From: Antedon mediterranea
Lineage: Eukaryota; Animalia; Echinodermata
Assembly: GCF_964355755.1 (NCBI RefSeq)
Contig: NC_092670.1
Span: 10,898,795-10,962,794 of the forward strand
DNA: 64,000 nt
Reading direction: 5' to 3'
The notes under the pieces were generated by a model. That model was not told the DNA's origin. It did no database searches and saw only the letters and a list, made by a program, of their open reading frames with translations. The translations under genes were made by a program, and so were the position numbers. This document shows positions 27,377-40,297 of the stretch, in pieces; within the stretch, counting starts at the first letter, position 1, and every line of letters begins with the position of its first letter.

Positions 27377-28974
27377 GTGGTCATCGTTAAATTGGTTGTT
27401 TTAACAACAATTAAATACTTTTAAGTATTTAATTGTATGTATTAAAATAAGTAGGGCCTACAACAAAACAAACTCGCTCTAAAAATAACAAAAATTGCAT
27501 ATTTAACTTGGGACTTTGCAGTAAAAAGAGCATGTTAAAAAGATGAATCTGTCATTGAGTAAGATGAAACTTAAATTGAATTAAAACCGATTTTCTTAAT
27601 AATCATACTTAGAGATGCAAATCATCAAAATAATATTTATATGAAATTTAAACACTTTTATAGCCTATGCATGTACGCCTGTGCCGTGTTATGCTTTAAA
27701 AAAATTATCCAGTATAGTAGGCCTATGACCCGTGCCGGGTATTTTCTTTTTAATACCGTCGATGGAAAATTGCCTTGATCATTTCGAATTTATATCTCCA
27801 TATTTTGACCTCGTGTTATTCCTTGTATACGGCAATTGAAATAAAACCTTAAATCATACTACAAAAATACACCGTAAAAGTAGAAATGTGAAAGAAAACA
27901 CGAGAGAGAAAAAAAGCATACTTTACAGTAGGTTTCTACAATATACAGCAAATAGTATCTTTGAATACAGTTAAAAATCCACGGAATAAAATATATAGAG
28001 GGCAGCAATCAGGAAATCGTTTGTATATACCTGCAGTTTTTCAATATTTATTATAAATTTGACTGCAATTACCCACAGTAAAATGGAATAGCCCGTGCTA
28101 TTCTTTAACAGGCAATACCTCAAGACAAATACAATATATGTATGCCTCACTCTCAGCGACGTGCTGCAGCAAACCGCAATTGAAGAATACAGGTTAAGAG
28201 TTGTGCATTATATTTTGACAGCAAAGGTCATAATCTTTATTTTTTTATCAATACCCTTTCTGTTGTAATAACAGAGGTGCCAACTTCAAAAAGTAAAAAT
28301 CGAGGAAACAATTTTGAAGATACCCAAACAATAAAGGTTACCATAAAAGTTGGAAAATATTCATCGGAATATAATAGAGGGCGCTATTAAAACAATCATC
28401 AGCATTTGCATAATTAAAATATTTATTAAAATAGTATTGTATTTACCCTATATGCTATATGTAAAAGTACACCAGATATTCGCCTACCTGGGAAATTCTT
28501 TCCCACTTGGGGCAAATCCAATGTATATATATATATCCCGTATCAATAATATAGTACTTGCTTATAATAGCCGTCTATATTGTCACCATGGCAAAACTGC
28601 CCTGATTTCAGGTTTCTCCCAACCATCTGCGCATGCCCCAGACGTCCATATGTCATGCATACTAAATCAAGGCGCCCGTAGATGGTTGGTATGTTCAGGT
28701 CATTCATTCATTGGCCAGCCCCCTGGGGTCGATACTACAATATTAAACAATGGATATGCCAGAGGTTACCGGACTCTGCAAACTGGGAAAATTTGTTACT
28801 AAAATCCAGTTTTGCCTATATTTAACAAACAAGCTACTAGTAGAGTAGTACTAACCTAAATATTAAATCATTCATTTAGATGTTTTTTCCATGTAATAAT
28901 AATAATCTGGAGAAATTGTCCTTATTAGCAGGAAGTAAGAGATGACTCAAAATATCGGGGAATTGTAATAAACA

Positions 28975-30282
28975 ATATTATTATACAGATTATTAAAGGT
29001 GTCCCACGCATTGATATTGTTGCACTGGACTATAGTCGTGCATTTGATTCCATTTCGCACTCTACAATGATTTCCAAACTGAAAAGAACCTATGGAATTG
29101 GTGGTTCCATGTTGCCTTGGTTGGAATCATTTTTAACTGAACGTTTTTTAACGGAAAGATGTCCGGCAAGAGTTGCGTAATATCAGGGGTTCCTCAGGGG
29201 TCTGTGCTTTGACCCCTGTTATTTAACATATATGTTAATGATCTACATATGCACCTACGTGCAAAACCATATCAATATACAGAGACGACACTTGCATTGC
29301 TAAATGTATAATGACGGAGGAAGATAGTTTATCTCTGCAACAGGACATTGACACGATCTCCTGGTGGTCAGCACTTAATTCACTTTCCATTAACCCTAAT
29401 AAATGTCAAGTGCTGTCATTGTCCAGAAAACGAGATCCCGTTGTTCCATCTTGCATTCTAAATGGACATGAACTCATGAACGTTAATGACATTACGTTAC
29501 TTGGTGTGGTAATATCCCATAATTTGTCATGGGCACATCAGGTAGATAATGTAACTTTGAAATGCAATAGGATGTTAGGTTTTATACGATCAATTGCCAC
29601 AGGTTGTTCTACACATCTGTTTTACTTAAACTTTATAAATGTCTTGTTCTTCCCCATATTCAATATTGCTCCCCTGTTTGGTATCCTTATCGTCAATGTC
29701 ATATTAATAAGATAGAGAAAATTCAAAGAAGGGCAAGTCGATTTATCCTTCATCAACGAATCTTAGATCAGCCATATTCTGACCGATTAACTAGACTGAA
29801 TTTGATGACAGCTGAATCAAATTGAGATTATTTTACCGTTATTTTTGTTACAAATATATTGTATAAATTACAGAATAGTTTTATTTTAAATATGTTGACT
29901 ATCAATTGTAGGCATTTGGATGTTCTAACTTTTAAACATCTTGCATCCAAAACTGATAGGAAAGCATTGTATCCCAACCAGATTTATTCGTTTGTGGAAT
30001 TCACTACCGGTCAATATTAAAGACGCCTTTGTATGCGGAAGTTGGGTACAATTTAAAAACATGTTAATGGACCACTTTAAAAATACTATGCCTCTTTAAT
30101 GTATATAATTATGGTATTAATATTACATATTTACATTGTTTTATGTTTTAATGTATGCTTTGAGTGCTGGTGTGGCACACCTTATGGCGACAGTGGTCCT
30201 TTGACCTCTTTTGCCACTCCTTGGCACACTCAAAGTTTATGTATTGTTTTAATGTTGCTAAAATTAATAAAATAAAATTATT
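28975..30282 (+). mobile_element. 5'-truncated CR1/L2-group LINE (reverse transcriptase pseudogene)
   Basis: IDIVALDYSRAFDSISH, SGVPQGSVL*PLLFNIYVNDL, disrupted YxDD, WYPY..HINKIEKIQRRASRFI; stops and frameshifts; 3' stem-loop and AATAAAATAAAA tail. Confidence 0.92.
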
Positions 30283-30306
30283 AACTGTTCACTTTTCTTC
30301 CCTTAG

Positions 30307-30474
30307 AATTTTGTTTACCAGTTCAGTATTAAATTTAGCAGAGTTGGTAGCACTGCGACCTGATTTGTCTCGGCTGACCAAGATTGTTTACTTCCATGAA
30401 AACCAGCTGGTTTACCCTGTCCGAAAACAAAAAGACAGAGATTTTCAATATGGATATAATCAAATAATAACCTG
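30307..30474 (+). CDS. GTDC1: GTDC1 coding exon 2
   Basis: ILFTSSVLNLAELVALRPDL..KIVYFHENQLVYPVRKQKDRDFQYGYNQIIT; TTAG acceptor, TG|GTACTG donor. Confidence 0.93.
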
Positions 30475-31105
30475 GTACTGTATATTTATTGTTAGTTTTT
30501 AAATTTATAGTAGGGAATTGAGAAGGACAGCAGGGGTGGATCCACGATTTTGAAATATAGGGGTGGGGAGAGGGAGGCTCAGACACAAGCATTTGAGCGT
30601 TCGGTAAATACGACCCCTAGATAGTCAGAAATGGTACTCGCACACAAAATTTATGATAAAATGGCACCTCCCACTAATCTAGTTGGCCCGCCGCGGGAAG
30701 GACGTTTGTATCATGCGCAGAAAACAGCAAAACGATCATACTTTTTCTGGCTGGTAAACACAGTGACGTAACATTATTTGCATATGTTGCGCATGTTCTG
30801 TGTGTAGGTAACTGCTGATTGTTTGATCGTACTTTACACAGTGTTGTGTTTTAATGGTAATTTTAAAGTTGTCATCCTGAATACTTACAGACTATTCCCC
30901 TTGATTTTCAGAAAATCAATATATTGTTGACGTCGCAAATGCTTATTTCTGCAGTTATCTTTATCTCTCTTTATTTTGAAAAGTATTTTGCTCAGTCCAT
31001 AATTTATTCTTCTATCTATGCCCAGATGAGGTCAATATTTATATGCAAAGGAAAACTTTATACTGTATAAAATTTATTTAATGTTAATTTACATTTTTCT
31101 TTTAG

Positions 31106-31474
31106 TTTAACTGCTGACATTGTTTTATTCAACTCAAAATACAACATGGAATCTTTCTTGTCATCAATTGGGACATTTTTAAAACCTATGCCTGACTTCC
31201 GTCCTAAAGGCCTCGCTGAAAAGATACGACCAAAATCAAAAGTGTTGTATTTTCCAATAGAATTTCCAATAATGAATGATCCAATAGCAGATGTTATGGA
31301 AGGACTGACGTTAGCGGAACAGGCCAGTTCATTACATGGAAGTCAGGAGGTGTTTGAAAAATCCAAAGACAGGGCTATTAAATCAGGTGTCACCGGAGAA
31401 CAGACAGTTTATAGCTGCAGTTCAGTTTTATCACAATTGTCATCCCCATTAAAAATAGTATGGGCTCATAGATG
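31106..31474 (+). CDS. GTDC1: GTDC1 coding exon 3
   Basis: LTADIVLFNSKYNMESFLSSIG..PDFRPKGL..IRPKSKVLYFPI..LKIVWAHR; phases 2/2 consistent with neighbours. Confidence 0.9.
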
Positions 31475-31484
31475 GTACAGTCCT

Positions 31485-32017
31485 AGTGCATTTTTTGACT
31501 GCATCACTTATTTAGACTGCTATAATCATTTGAGTGCTATGCTTATTTAGTCTGCTATACTTATTGACACTGCTATACTTATTTACAGTGCTGTACTTAT
31601 TTGACTGCTGTACTTATTTGACTGCTATACTTATTTGACTGCTATACTTATTTACACTGCTGTACTTATTTACACTGCTATACATATTTACACTGCTATA
31701 CTTATTGACACTGCTGTACTTATTTACACTGCTATACTTATTTACACTGCTGTACTTATTTGACTGCTATACTTATTTGACTGCTATACTTATTTACTCT
31801 GCTGTACTTATTTACACTGCTATACTTATTTACACTGCTATACTTATTGACACTGCTGTACTTATTTACACTGCTATACTTATTGACACTGCTATACTTA
31901 TTTACACTGCTGTACTTATTTACACTGCTATACTTATTTACACTGCTGTACTTATTTACACTGCTGTACTTATTTACACTGCTGTACTTATTTACACTGC
32001 TGTACTTATTTACACTG
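31485..32017. repeat. 18-bp minisatellite (16-18-bp variants)
   Basis: TACACTGCT(A/G)TACTTATT repeated about 30 times just after GTDC1 exon 3. Confidence 0.95.
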
Positions 32018-32700
32018 TCTGAATTTTTACTATTTTGTGCTTAGTTTACCTGGATTTTCACGCTGCTGCTCTAGCCCGCTACGTCCCATTAGGACTACTC
32101 AATCAGAAGCTAAAGCAAGCAGCAGTTATAGTTCTAAGGACAGACAGTTTTGTGAAAATGGAAACTCCACTATAATTTATTGATTCCAGCTGCTACAGTA
32201 GACCCAAAAAATGTCTGGGAAAGAGTCTATTAGGACATGTCATGCTAAAATTACAAATCTCTAATAAGCATTTCTGGTATATTCACTGTCAGATCATTGA
32301 ATTATTATCGAAACAGTCCATTAAAGTTTGTGTTTGTAATAGGATACTTCACAATTGAAATATCTAGGGTGATGAAGTGACCCCCAGATTTGACCTTAGC
32401 AATAAAATTAACTAAAGTGACAGAAATTGAGTATTCACTTCTGTAACAAAAAAAATAATATTTATTCACATATAAAAAAAGAAAAGAAACCCAAAAACCA
32501 TTGTCTGACAGACAATTTAAGTATTTGTTGCTTTAAATTACATTTTTTTCAGGTAAAATAACTATTATGTGACAATAAAATGACACATTCAAAAACATTT
32601 AAAATAAAAAATATTTTTCAATCATAAGCGAGCAGCGTTTTTTGTAAGAAATATTTCTTGTTTAGTAGTGGTACTTATTCACATTTTTTTCCTTTTGTAG

Positions 32701-32810
32701 GGAACACGACAAGAATCCTGACCTTTTTTTTAGAACACTTTATAAACTTCTAGATAGTGGGGAAGACTTCAGGATTTCTGTTCTTGGGGAACATTACTCA
32801 GAAATTCCAG
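32701..32810 (+). CDS. GTDC1: GTDC1 coding exon 4 (not in ORF track)
   Basis: TGTAG|G EHDKNPDLFFRTLYKLLDSGEDFRISVLGEHYSEIP G|GTAATT; completes the HRWEHDK motif. Confidence 0.93.
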
Positions 32811-32863
32811 GTAATTATAAAGTCAGTAGAGGGCAGTGTTAAAAAATATTGTCTGCGATTTAA

Positions 32864-34605
32864 AGGGGGATTCTGGGTTTAAAATTGCTTTTAAATATCG
32901 TTTATTTATTAAATAAAAAATATTATAACAATATAGACATGTCAGAATGAAGAAGTAATAACGAGAAATTAAAAAAATTAAATTTCATATACATTTTAGG
33001 GTAAATTCATGGAAAGTCTGTTTTTCAGCAGCTTAGGGAAGTTCATTAATATTCATGAGATATTCACAAAATCACGTCATCAGTGGATTCCAAACTCGCG
33101 ACGTCAAGCTTGTACGTTGTGTTCTCTCTCCCCTGTCAAACGACGACCACTCGATCATTGTGAAATACATTTTTTGTAGATTTTCTAAGCTAGGCCTAAA
33201 GTGTAATAATAACAGTAGTAGCATATATTTATTTGACATTTAATGAAATACAAAATTTAGGACAGATTACGGAGTCATAAATTATACTATTTTTATACCT
33301 CGAATAGTACAGATCGTATATCGGCTTCACGTACTAGGCTAGGCCTGGATAAGCAAGCCTGCGAGCTACAGCGATTTTAATTGTTTTTGCTTATCCTTGC
33401 CTCCTTAGATTTTCACCTGTCTTGTTTTTGTTACCTTGTTTTAAATGTATTTCGATTTTAAAGGCTAAATAAAGAATGAATGAATGAATGAAGGCCTAGC
33501 CTAAATCATTTTATTCATGGGTGAGAGCCATTTCTGACTAGGGATTCCATGCCACGATGGCTACGTTAAAACATTGGGGCCATCATTCATGGGCCTAGCT
33601 AGCCTATTACTAAACGATTGGCCCATAAATAACAAAAGTCAGTGGAATCCAAACCCATCCTATCAACCAAACTCCTAAACAATCTAAACCTAAAACGTTC
33701 TACAAAAATCGGCTGTAAATATTGAGGCAAAACAAGGTCCGATCGCCGTCCGCACGTATGGTGTCCCGATCGTCTAATAAGTAGGCCTGAAATAGGCCTA
33801 GTTTACTCTCCAAAAAAGCGGATACTGCATCAAGCAAGTAGACCGGTAGTAGGAAGGAGACCTAGCCTATCCGGCCCAGTTAAAAATTGAGCTAACTAGT
33901 GTAGTAGACCCTATGCGAATTGATACTACCAGGCCTTTTACTATAGGCTACACTTGTTAAAATTAGCAATACTGTACTCATGTTTACAAATTTTCCAACT
34001 CTCTCATTCGAGCTATATTATCTATACCATTCCGGTAGGTCGAGTCGACCTTCAATCAAATACTGTAATTTAGACGGGGTATACTCGACCCGAACAGTTT
34101 GGTATTGTATACTGTATCTGCTTATCACGTGACGATGCCAGGCATGGGCAGAGAGAGCACGTGTATCGTCGTCTCGCTCTCCTCGCTCAGCAGGAATGTA
34201 TACGTTACGCTTCATTGATTTTGAAGGCTTTCCCTAAGTCAGTGCGAAAATCGGCAAACGTAAAGTGCAAACTTATCTAATTTTTCACTGTTTTGATGGA
34301 TTTTCATAGAAAATTGACTTTATAAATGGGAAGACCGACTAAAATTACATCAGATAAGTATAATTTTACAAAAGTAATTGATATGGTTAATGATAACGAG
34401 TCGTCGGAAGATTGACCATTTCACGAATTTCCTATTCTGTAACCACATTGTGATTTTGCCGTAGCTGCACTTGTAATCTGGCCTCATTTCACAGCCTTCG
34501 TTCTGCTTCACTGGGCGCTTATATAAATTGAAACTTTTACCGTTCAAGAGACAAACAAATATATTTTACATTTTTTACTATTCATTTTAAACCCGGAACC
34601 CCCCT
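32864..34605. mobile_element. Kolobok-like non-autonomous DNA transposon
   Basis: TTAA-AGGGGGATTCTGGGTTTAAAAT ... ATTTTAAACCCGGAACCCCCCT-TTAA; purine termini with TTAA TSD; empty site preserved near 34740. Confidence 0.88.
33346..33492 (+). mobile_element. L2-type LINE/SINE 3' tail nested in the Kolobok-like element
   Basis: Inverted copy of 20861-21005; (GAAT)n tail. Confidence 0.7.
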
Positions 34606-34969
34606 TTAAAAACATTAAATATCCTTTATTTGTGCTGCCACTGTTTAACATTCCTAAAGAAGCTAGAATAAATTATGGTACTATTGTTCAAATTCGATAA
34701 AATCAGTAGAGGGCAGTGTTAAAAAATATTGTCTGCGATTTAAAAATATTATAAAATATATCATTTATTTGTACTGCCACTGTTTAACATTCCCAAAGAA
34801 GCTAGAATAAATCATAGTATTGTTCAAATTTGATTGAATAGCGACTCTGTGTAGTACGGCGGAACAGCACTAGTCTCTGAATTACACATGTGCACTAGAG
34901 ATCAGATTGATACGCCCTCATCTTTCAGTATTTTAATTCACAAAGTGGGATCTACCTGTTTTTATATAG

Positions 34970-35114
34970 ATATTTTCACTGAGGCTTATGAGAGTCTGAA
35001 AGATAATATAGTTCATTGGGGTTATCAGCAGTCAAAAGAGGACTACTATCAAGTATTGATAGAGGGCGATGTTGCTGTATCAACGGCCAAGCACGAGTTT
35101 TACGGTGTTGCAAT
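34970..35114 (+). CDS. GTDC1: GTDC1 coding exon 5
   Basis: [43 protein letters not shown]; AT|GTGAGT donor. Confidence 0.93.
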
Positions 35115-36212
35115 GTGAGTAGTTTTAATTATTGTTTAACAGTTCGATTAGGCCCTCTACAGACACAGAAGCCATGGTCCAGATGCCTATCATAAACGAC
35201 AGGAGCTGAAATGGACCAGTACATTGGGGTAACCCCCTAAACTCTACCGTAAGATGTTTTTTTTAATGTACACAAGGCCCATGGACTCCAGTTTTAAGTT
35301 TTTTCCAAGATGTCTTGTTGTAGCACCAGAATAATATTCAAGGAGAGCCTGGAACCTGTACTGATGTTATGGCTTTATTTTTTGGCGCCCCTAAACCAAA
35401 AGACAAGATCACCTAAAATTTAAGTATTTAAAGTTTACAATACTTGGTGTTGTATAATATGGAATAGCCACCCAGGTAAAAATTCCAGTTGAAGACCAGT
35501 TGGGAAATTTCCCAGTTGGGAATTTTCCCTGTTGTGAATTGAGACAATTACCAGTTGTGAATTTCCCAGTTGTGAATTTTCCAACTGGTCTGATAATCCC
35601 AGTTGTAAATTTTACCAGTTGTAAATTTCTCAACTGGTCTGATAATCCCAGTTGTGAATTTTCCAACTGGTCTGATCAATCCCAGTTGTAAATTTTCCCA
35701 GTTGTACATTTTTCCCAGTTGAGAATTTTCCCAACTGGTAAATTTCAGTACAAAAACAAATTACACAAACTACAGAACTTATTGTTTAACTGTTTATTTT
35801 ATTAACTTTAATATTTACAATTACAGTAGTTACTTTCAATTCTGCAGTACTGTAGTTAATTACCCCACAAAGGTCTTAACGACCTGCATAACCCCTACAT
35901 CTACACAAATGTCAGCATATCCCTGCCGTTTCCTTTTTACAGGTCCATGAAAATGGAGATCTAGCATTTATTCAGTAATATATTTATGAAGTTATGGCCA
36001 CCTTCTTTATTTAGTCATGTTGACAAAATTAGTCCTGAAAGAGAAAAACCAAAACAAATTGATTAAATAAACAATATACTGGTAGTACAAGGAATAAATC
36101 AAATTCAAATCTCAAGTATCAATTTATATACTGTTTTACTGAAAAAGGAAGATGGAATCATATATTAATCAATTTATTAATTAATGATTATCCAAATTAT
36201 GTTCTCTACAAG

Positions 36213-37073
36213 CAATAGAGAGAAATGGCGAACCGCGATGACGTCACTCAAATTTCACCGAGTGGGTATAGATTGTAAACAAACCATTTCGCCACATGTT
36301 TTTGTATGGGAAATTCCGATGGGTTGAGTTAAAAAGGGAGGTAGAAAAGAACGTTTAAAACACACATAATAGCAGTATCTTTTTTTTTTGCAACACCCTT
36401 ATCAATTTTAATGTTATATGGGCAAATCTTAACATATTTTATTTTAATTTGGATTGAATTAAGACGCGTTTTTGTTATATACTGTACCCAGCTCTAGGCC
36501 CTAGATAGTTGGCATGTATGCTGTAGTACCTCGAGCCTAGCACGGATTATCGGTTATTATAAAAATAATAATATTGGAAATTCGTTATTGCGTACTGTAC
36601 TCACTACTACTACTTTAGCTAGGGTGCTGCTAGGCGTCTCCTAGCTAGGTAGTAAGACTAAATAGAGCCTCTCTATAGTAGATGTAGGACTAGCATTAGT
36701 TTCAGCTTGACAACTGCCATTTTGTTTATGTGGCTAGTGATGCTTCCTGCAGGGGGGCTACCGCCAGTAATGATGCTTGACAACACCATTCTACTATAAT
36801 ACTATAGGCCAAGTCTAATGTAGACCTACAGATATGAGATATTTTTAGGAATATGATTGTGAATGATGGATGACTTTTATACATATTTCATTGATTTATT
36901 GTGTAAATACACAAATACAACAAGAATTATGAGCGTTACAGCAACAACATTGGTTAGACAACGCCATGATTCACGTGTATAAACATAGGAAATGTGTCGC
37001 CCTCAACGGTTTGTTATGATTTTATACCCACTCGGATTTTAGACGTGCGTCGGTTCGCCATTTCTCTCTATTG
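36213..37073. mobile_element. TIR element nested in the EnSpm-like element
   Basis: CAATAGAGAGAAATGGCGAACC ... GGTTCGCCATTTCTCTCTATTG plus a mirrored CCGAGTGGGTATA; TSD readable as AAG (outer) or AT (ISL2EU-like, inner). Confidence 0.8.
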
Positions 37074-37979
37074 AAGATGAGTATCATTTCACTTTAGTTT
37101 GTCCCTTTTATTCAGATATTAGAACTAAATATATTTTCATTTTATACAAATAACCCCTCTAAATTAAAATATATTTATCTTATGTCTACTACAAATATCT
37201 CATTACTAAGCTTGGAAAATATATATATTTTTTTCATTTTAACGTAGAACAGAATTCTTAAACGCACTCTAATGTTATTGATTGAATTGTTACATTGTAT
37301 ATTATTTGGGCCAAAAGCCATATAAATAACTATTTTTTTGGATCATTCCAAGAAAGAAAGTATACATAAATATATTTACCCTTCAAATTGTACTGCTGTA
37401 CTTTTTTGGTTGGTTTATAGCCTTGTTGGTTGTATTCAAGTAAACTGGAAATCACCTGCAATTGTGTATGAAAAAAATTGAAGGAAAATTAAGAAATATA
37501 GAATATTTAGTTTAAGGAAACGGAGACAGACTAAAACAGCATGGATTAGTTTGCTTTATTATTAGATTAGTAGGCTAGCCTAGGCTTAGGATATGTTAAA
37601 ATAGCAGCCATGCATGTCATCACGACACTAGCTAGAGTAGTGATAATACAACATTGCAGAACAGTAGTAGTACTACTGTAGCTAGTTTGGGCCTACAACT
37701 ACTAGAGGCCTAGGGCTAGACTTTAGAGGCCTAGGGCTAGACTTTAGAGGCCTAGCCTAGTAGGCCAAAATAACAAAAGTGATCATGAATGAATGGAAAT
37801 AAATCTCGTTTGTGTGGTAATGACATGTAGGCTAATAATAGGTTAATAATATAGTATTGTTGGGCTTTGTTTCTAGCCTACTATAGGCTAGTACTATGTA
37901 GAGGCCAATAAGACAATTTGCGGTCGTACACAGCCATGTAATCAATCAGCTAGCAAGGTGGGGCAAGCCAAGGCTAAAG

Positions 37980-40297
37980 TAGTCCAGATCCCTATGTCAA
38001 AAAAAGTGCCTTCGTGTGCAGATCATGGGGAAAGTCTAAACATTGTGTTTTATGAATATTTTAATCATGCTGGTTATAAAAACCCATGTTGTCAAATTTC
38101 TAAAATTCATCTTTGACCTCTGACCTCAATTTGATTGTTTTGACCCATTGAAAACAAAATGATCATATCTTTGCAACGCTTACATTAAATGAAATAATTT
38201 TAGTGTCAAATTATTTGGGAGGTGCATATTAATATTCGTTCTAATGAAAAAGTTTGTCCAAAAATGCCTGGAAGTATGATTTTTGGCATATTTGACCTTT
38301 GACCTACATATCATATAACTCCGTAACTAATAGTTGGCCAAACTTTAAATAGGGCTCAAATTAATCTGAAGGTATATGTTTCTATTCAGTCTAATAAGAA
38401 CTTTTTCAAGAAAATGACCCGAAATATTTTTATTGACCTTTGACCTGTACTGCTAGTACACATTTCTATAATCTCAAAAACTATTGGCCGTAAAATGGTT
38501 GTTTTGTGAAATGGTTCGAAAAATTTACATTTATATGTTGTATAATAACAACATTTTATAGAAATGTAAAAGAATTTTATTTATGATCACTAACTTTGTA
38601 ATTTATTAACATCACTAGCATTTGTTATAATATTAAAATGTGTCATATTTGCTGATTTTAAGCACTTCACATGAATTTATCAGAAAATATGTGTATTTAA
38701 TATAAAGTTTATTTTTTTTTATATAAAGAAAATTTAATTATCTATCAAATAAGACTATTTTCAAATTATTATGGCTAAAACTTAATAAGATACAGGCAAA
38801 AAAGTGTATTTTTACTTATGTAAACAGCGCCCTCAATCTTCATTTTTTCCCAAAAAATACCACATTTTTATGTGGTTTCATGAACTTAGCTGGTTGTAAC
38901 TTTTTAAAAGATTTGTTGTCAGTGACGTGTAACTTACATACACCTTCTACCATATACTAAGTAAGTTTCTGAGATAAAATGAAAACAATATTTTTATAGC
39001 TTGATATTTTTCCTGAGGTTATTACATGGTGCATGCTAAAAAAGATTTTGATTTTGTGCTAAAAATCCATCTTTTTGGTCCAGTACAAACAATCTTGTAC
39101 AGCCATTCTTACACAAACAGCATATTTTATTGGAAAGATAATCATAATATCTATCCAATAAAATATGAATTTTGTGTATTAATATCTGCTAGATAGCTTT
39201 TATTAAACCAAAAAGATGGACTTTTAGCTCAAAATTAAAATATTTTTTTTTTGTGTGTATCATGTATAACCTCAACAAAAATATCAAGCTATTGGAATAT
39301 TTTTCTCAATTTTTTCAGAAACTGACCTAGTACGTTATAAAAGAGGTATGTAAATTACAGGTTACTGTAAAAAGTCTTTAAAACAAAGTTATAACCTGTT
39401 AAGTTCAGGAAAACACATAAAAATGTGGTATTTTTTGGGAAAAAATGAAGATTGAGGGCGCTGTTCACACAAGTAAAAATACACTTTTTTGCCTGTATCT
39501 AATTAAGTTTTAGCCATAATAATTTGAAAATAGTCTTATTTGATAGACAATTAAATTTTCTTTATATAAAAAAAAAAAACTTTATATTAAATACACATAA
39601 TTCTGATAAATTCATATGAAGTGCTTAAAATCAGCAAATATAACACATTTTAATATTATAACAAATGCTAGTGATGTTAATAAATTATAAAGTTAGTGAT
39701 CATAATTAGAATTCTTTTACATTTCTATAAAATGTTGTTATTATACAACATATAAATGTAAATTTTTCGAACCATTTCACAAAAACAACCATTTTACGGC
39801 CAATAGTTTTTGAGATTATAGAAATATGTACTACCAGTACAGGTCAAAGGTCAATAAAAATATTTCGGGTCGTTTTCTTGTAAAAGTTCTTATAGGACTG
39901 AATAGAAACATATACCTTCAGATTAATTTGAGCCCTATTTAAAGTTTGTCCAACTATTAGTTACGGAGTTATATGATATGTAGGTCAAAGGTCAAATATG
40001 CCAAAAATCATACTTCCAGGCATTTTTGGACAAACTTTTCCATTAGAACGAATATTAATATGCATCTCCCAAATAATTTGACACTAAAATTATTTCATTT
40101 AATCTAAGCGTTGCAAAGATATGATCATTTTGTTTTCAATGGGTCAAAACATTCAAATTGAGGTCAGAGGTCAAAGATGAATTTTAGAAATTTGACAACA
40201 TGGGTTTTTATAACCAGCAGGATTAAAATATTCATAAAACACAATGTTTACACTTTCCCCATTATCTGCACACGAAAATACATAGGGATCTGGACTA
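37980..40297. mobile_element. Foldback element with inverted arms of about 1.1 kb, Academ-like termini
   Basis: TAGTCCAGATCCCTATGT ... ACATAGGGATCTGGACTA, AAG duplicated on both sides; arms about 37980-39080 and 39205-40297. Confidence 0.85.

Noticed and set aside
28210-28260. Inverted pseudo-exon of GTDC1 coding sequence extending the duplex arm
   Set aside because: Only two 9-10-nt matches (AAGGGTATTG, GCTGTCAAA), which could be chance.
28350-28802. 150-aa ORF and similar short ORFs (19468-19845, 2543-2884, 1236-1505)
   Set aside because: No recognisable domain or supporting splice structure; most overlap repeat fragments.
31705-32044. ORFs of LLYLFT / AVLIYT repeats
   Set aside because: Translations of an 18-bp intronic minisatellite.
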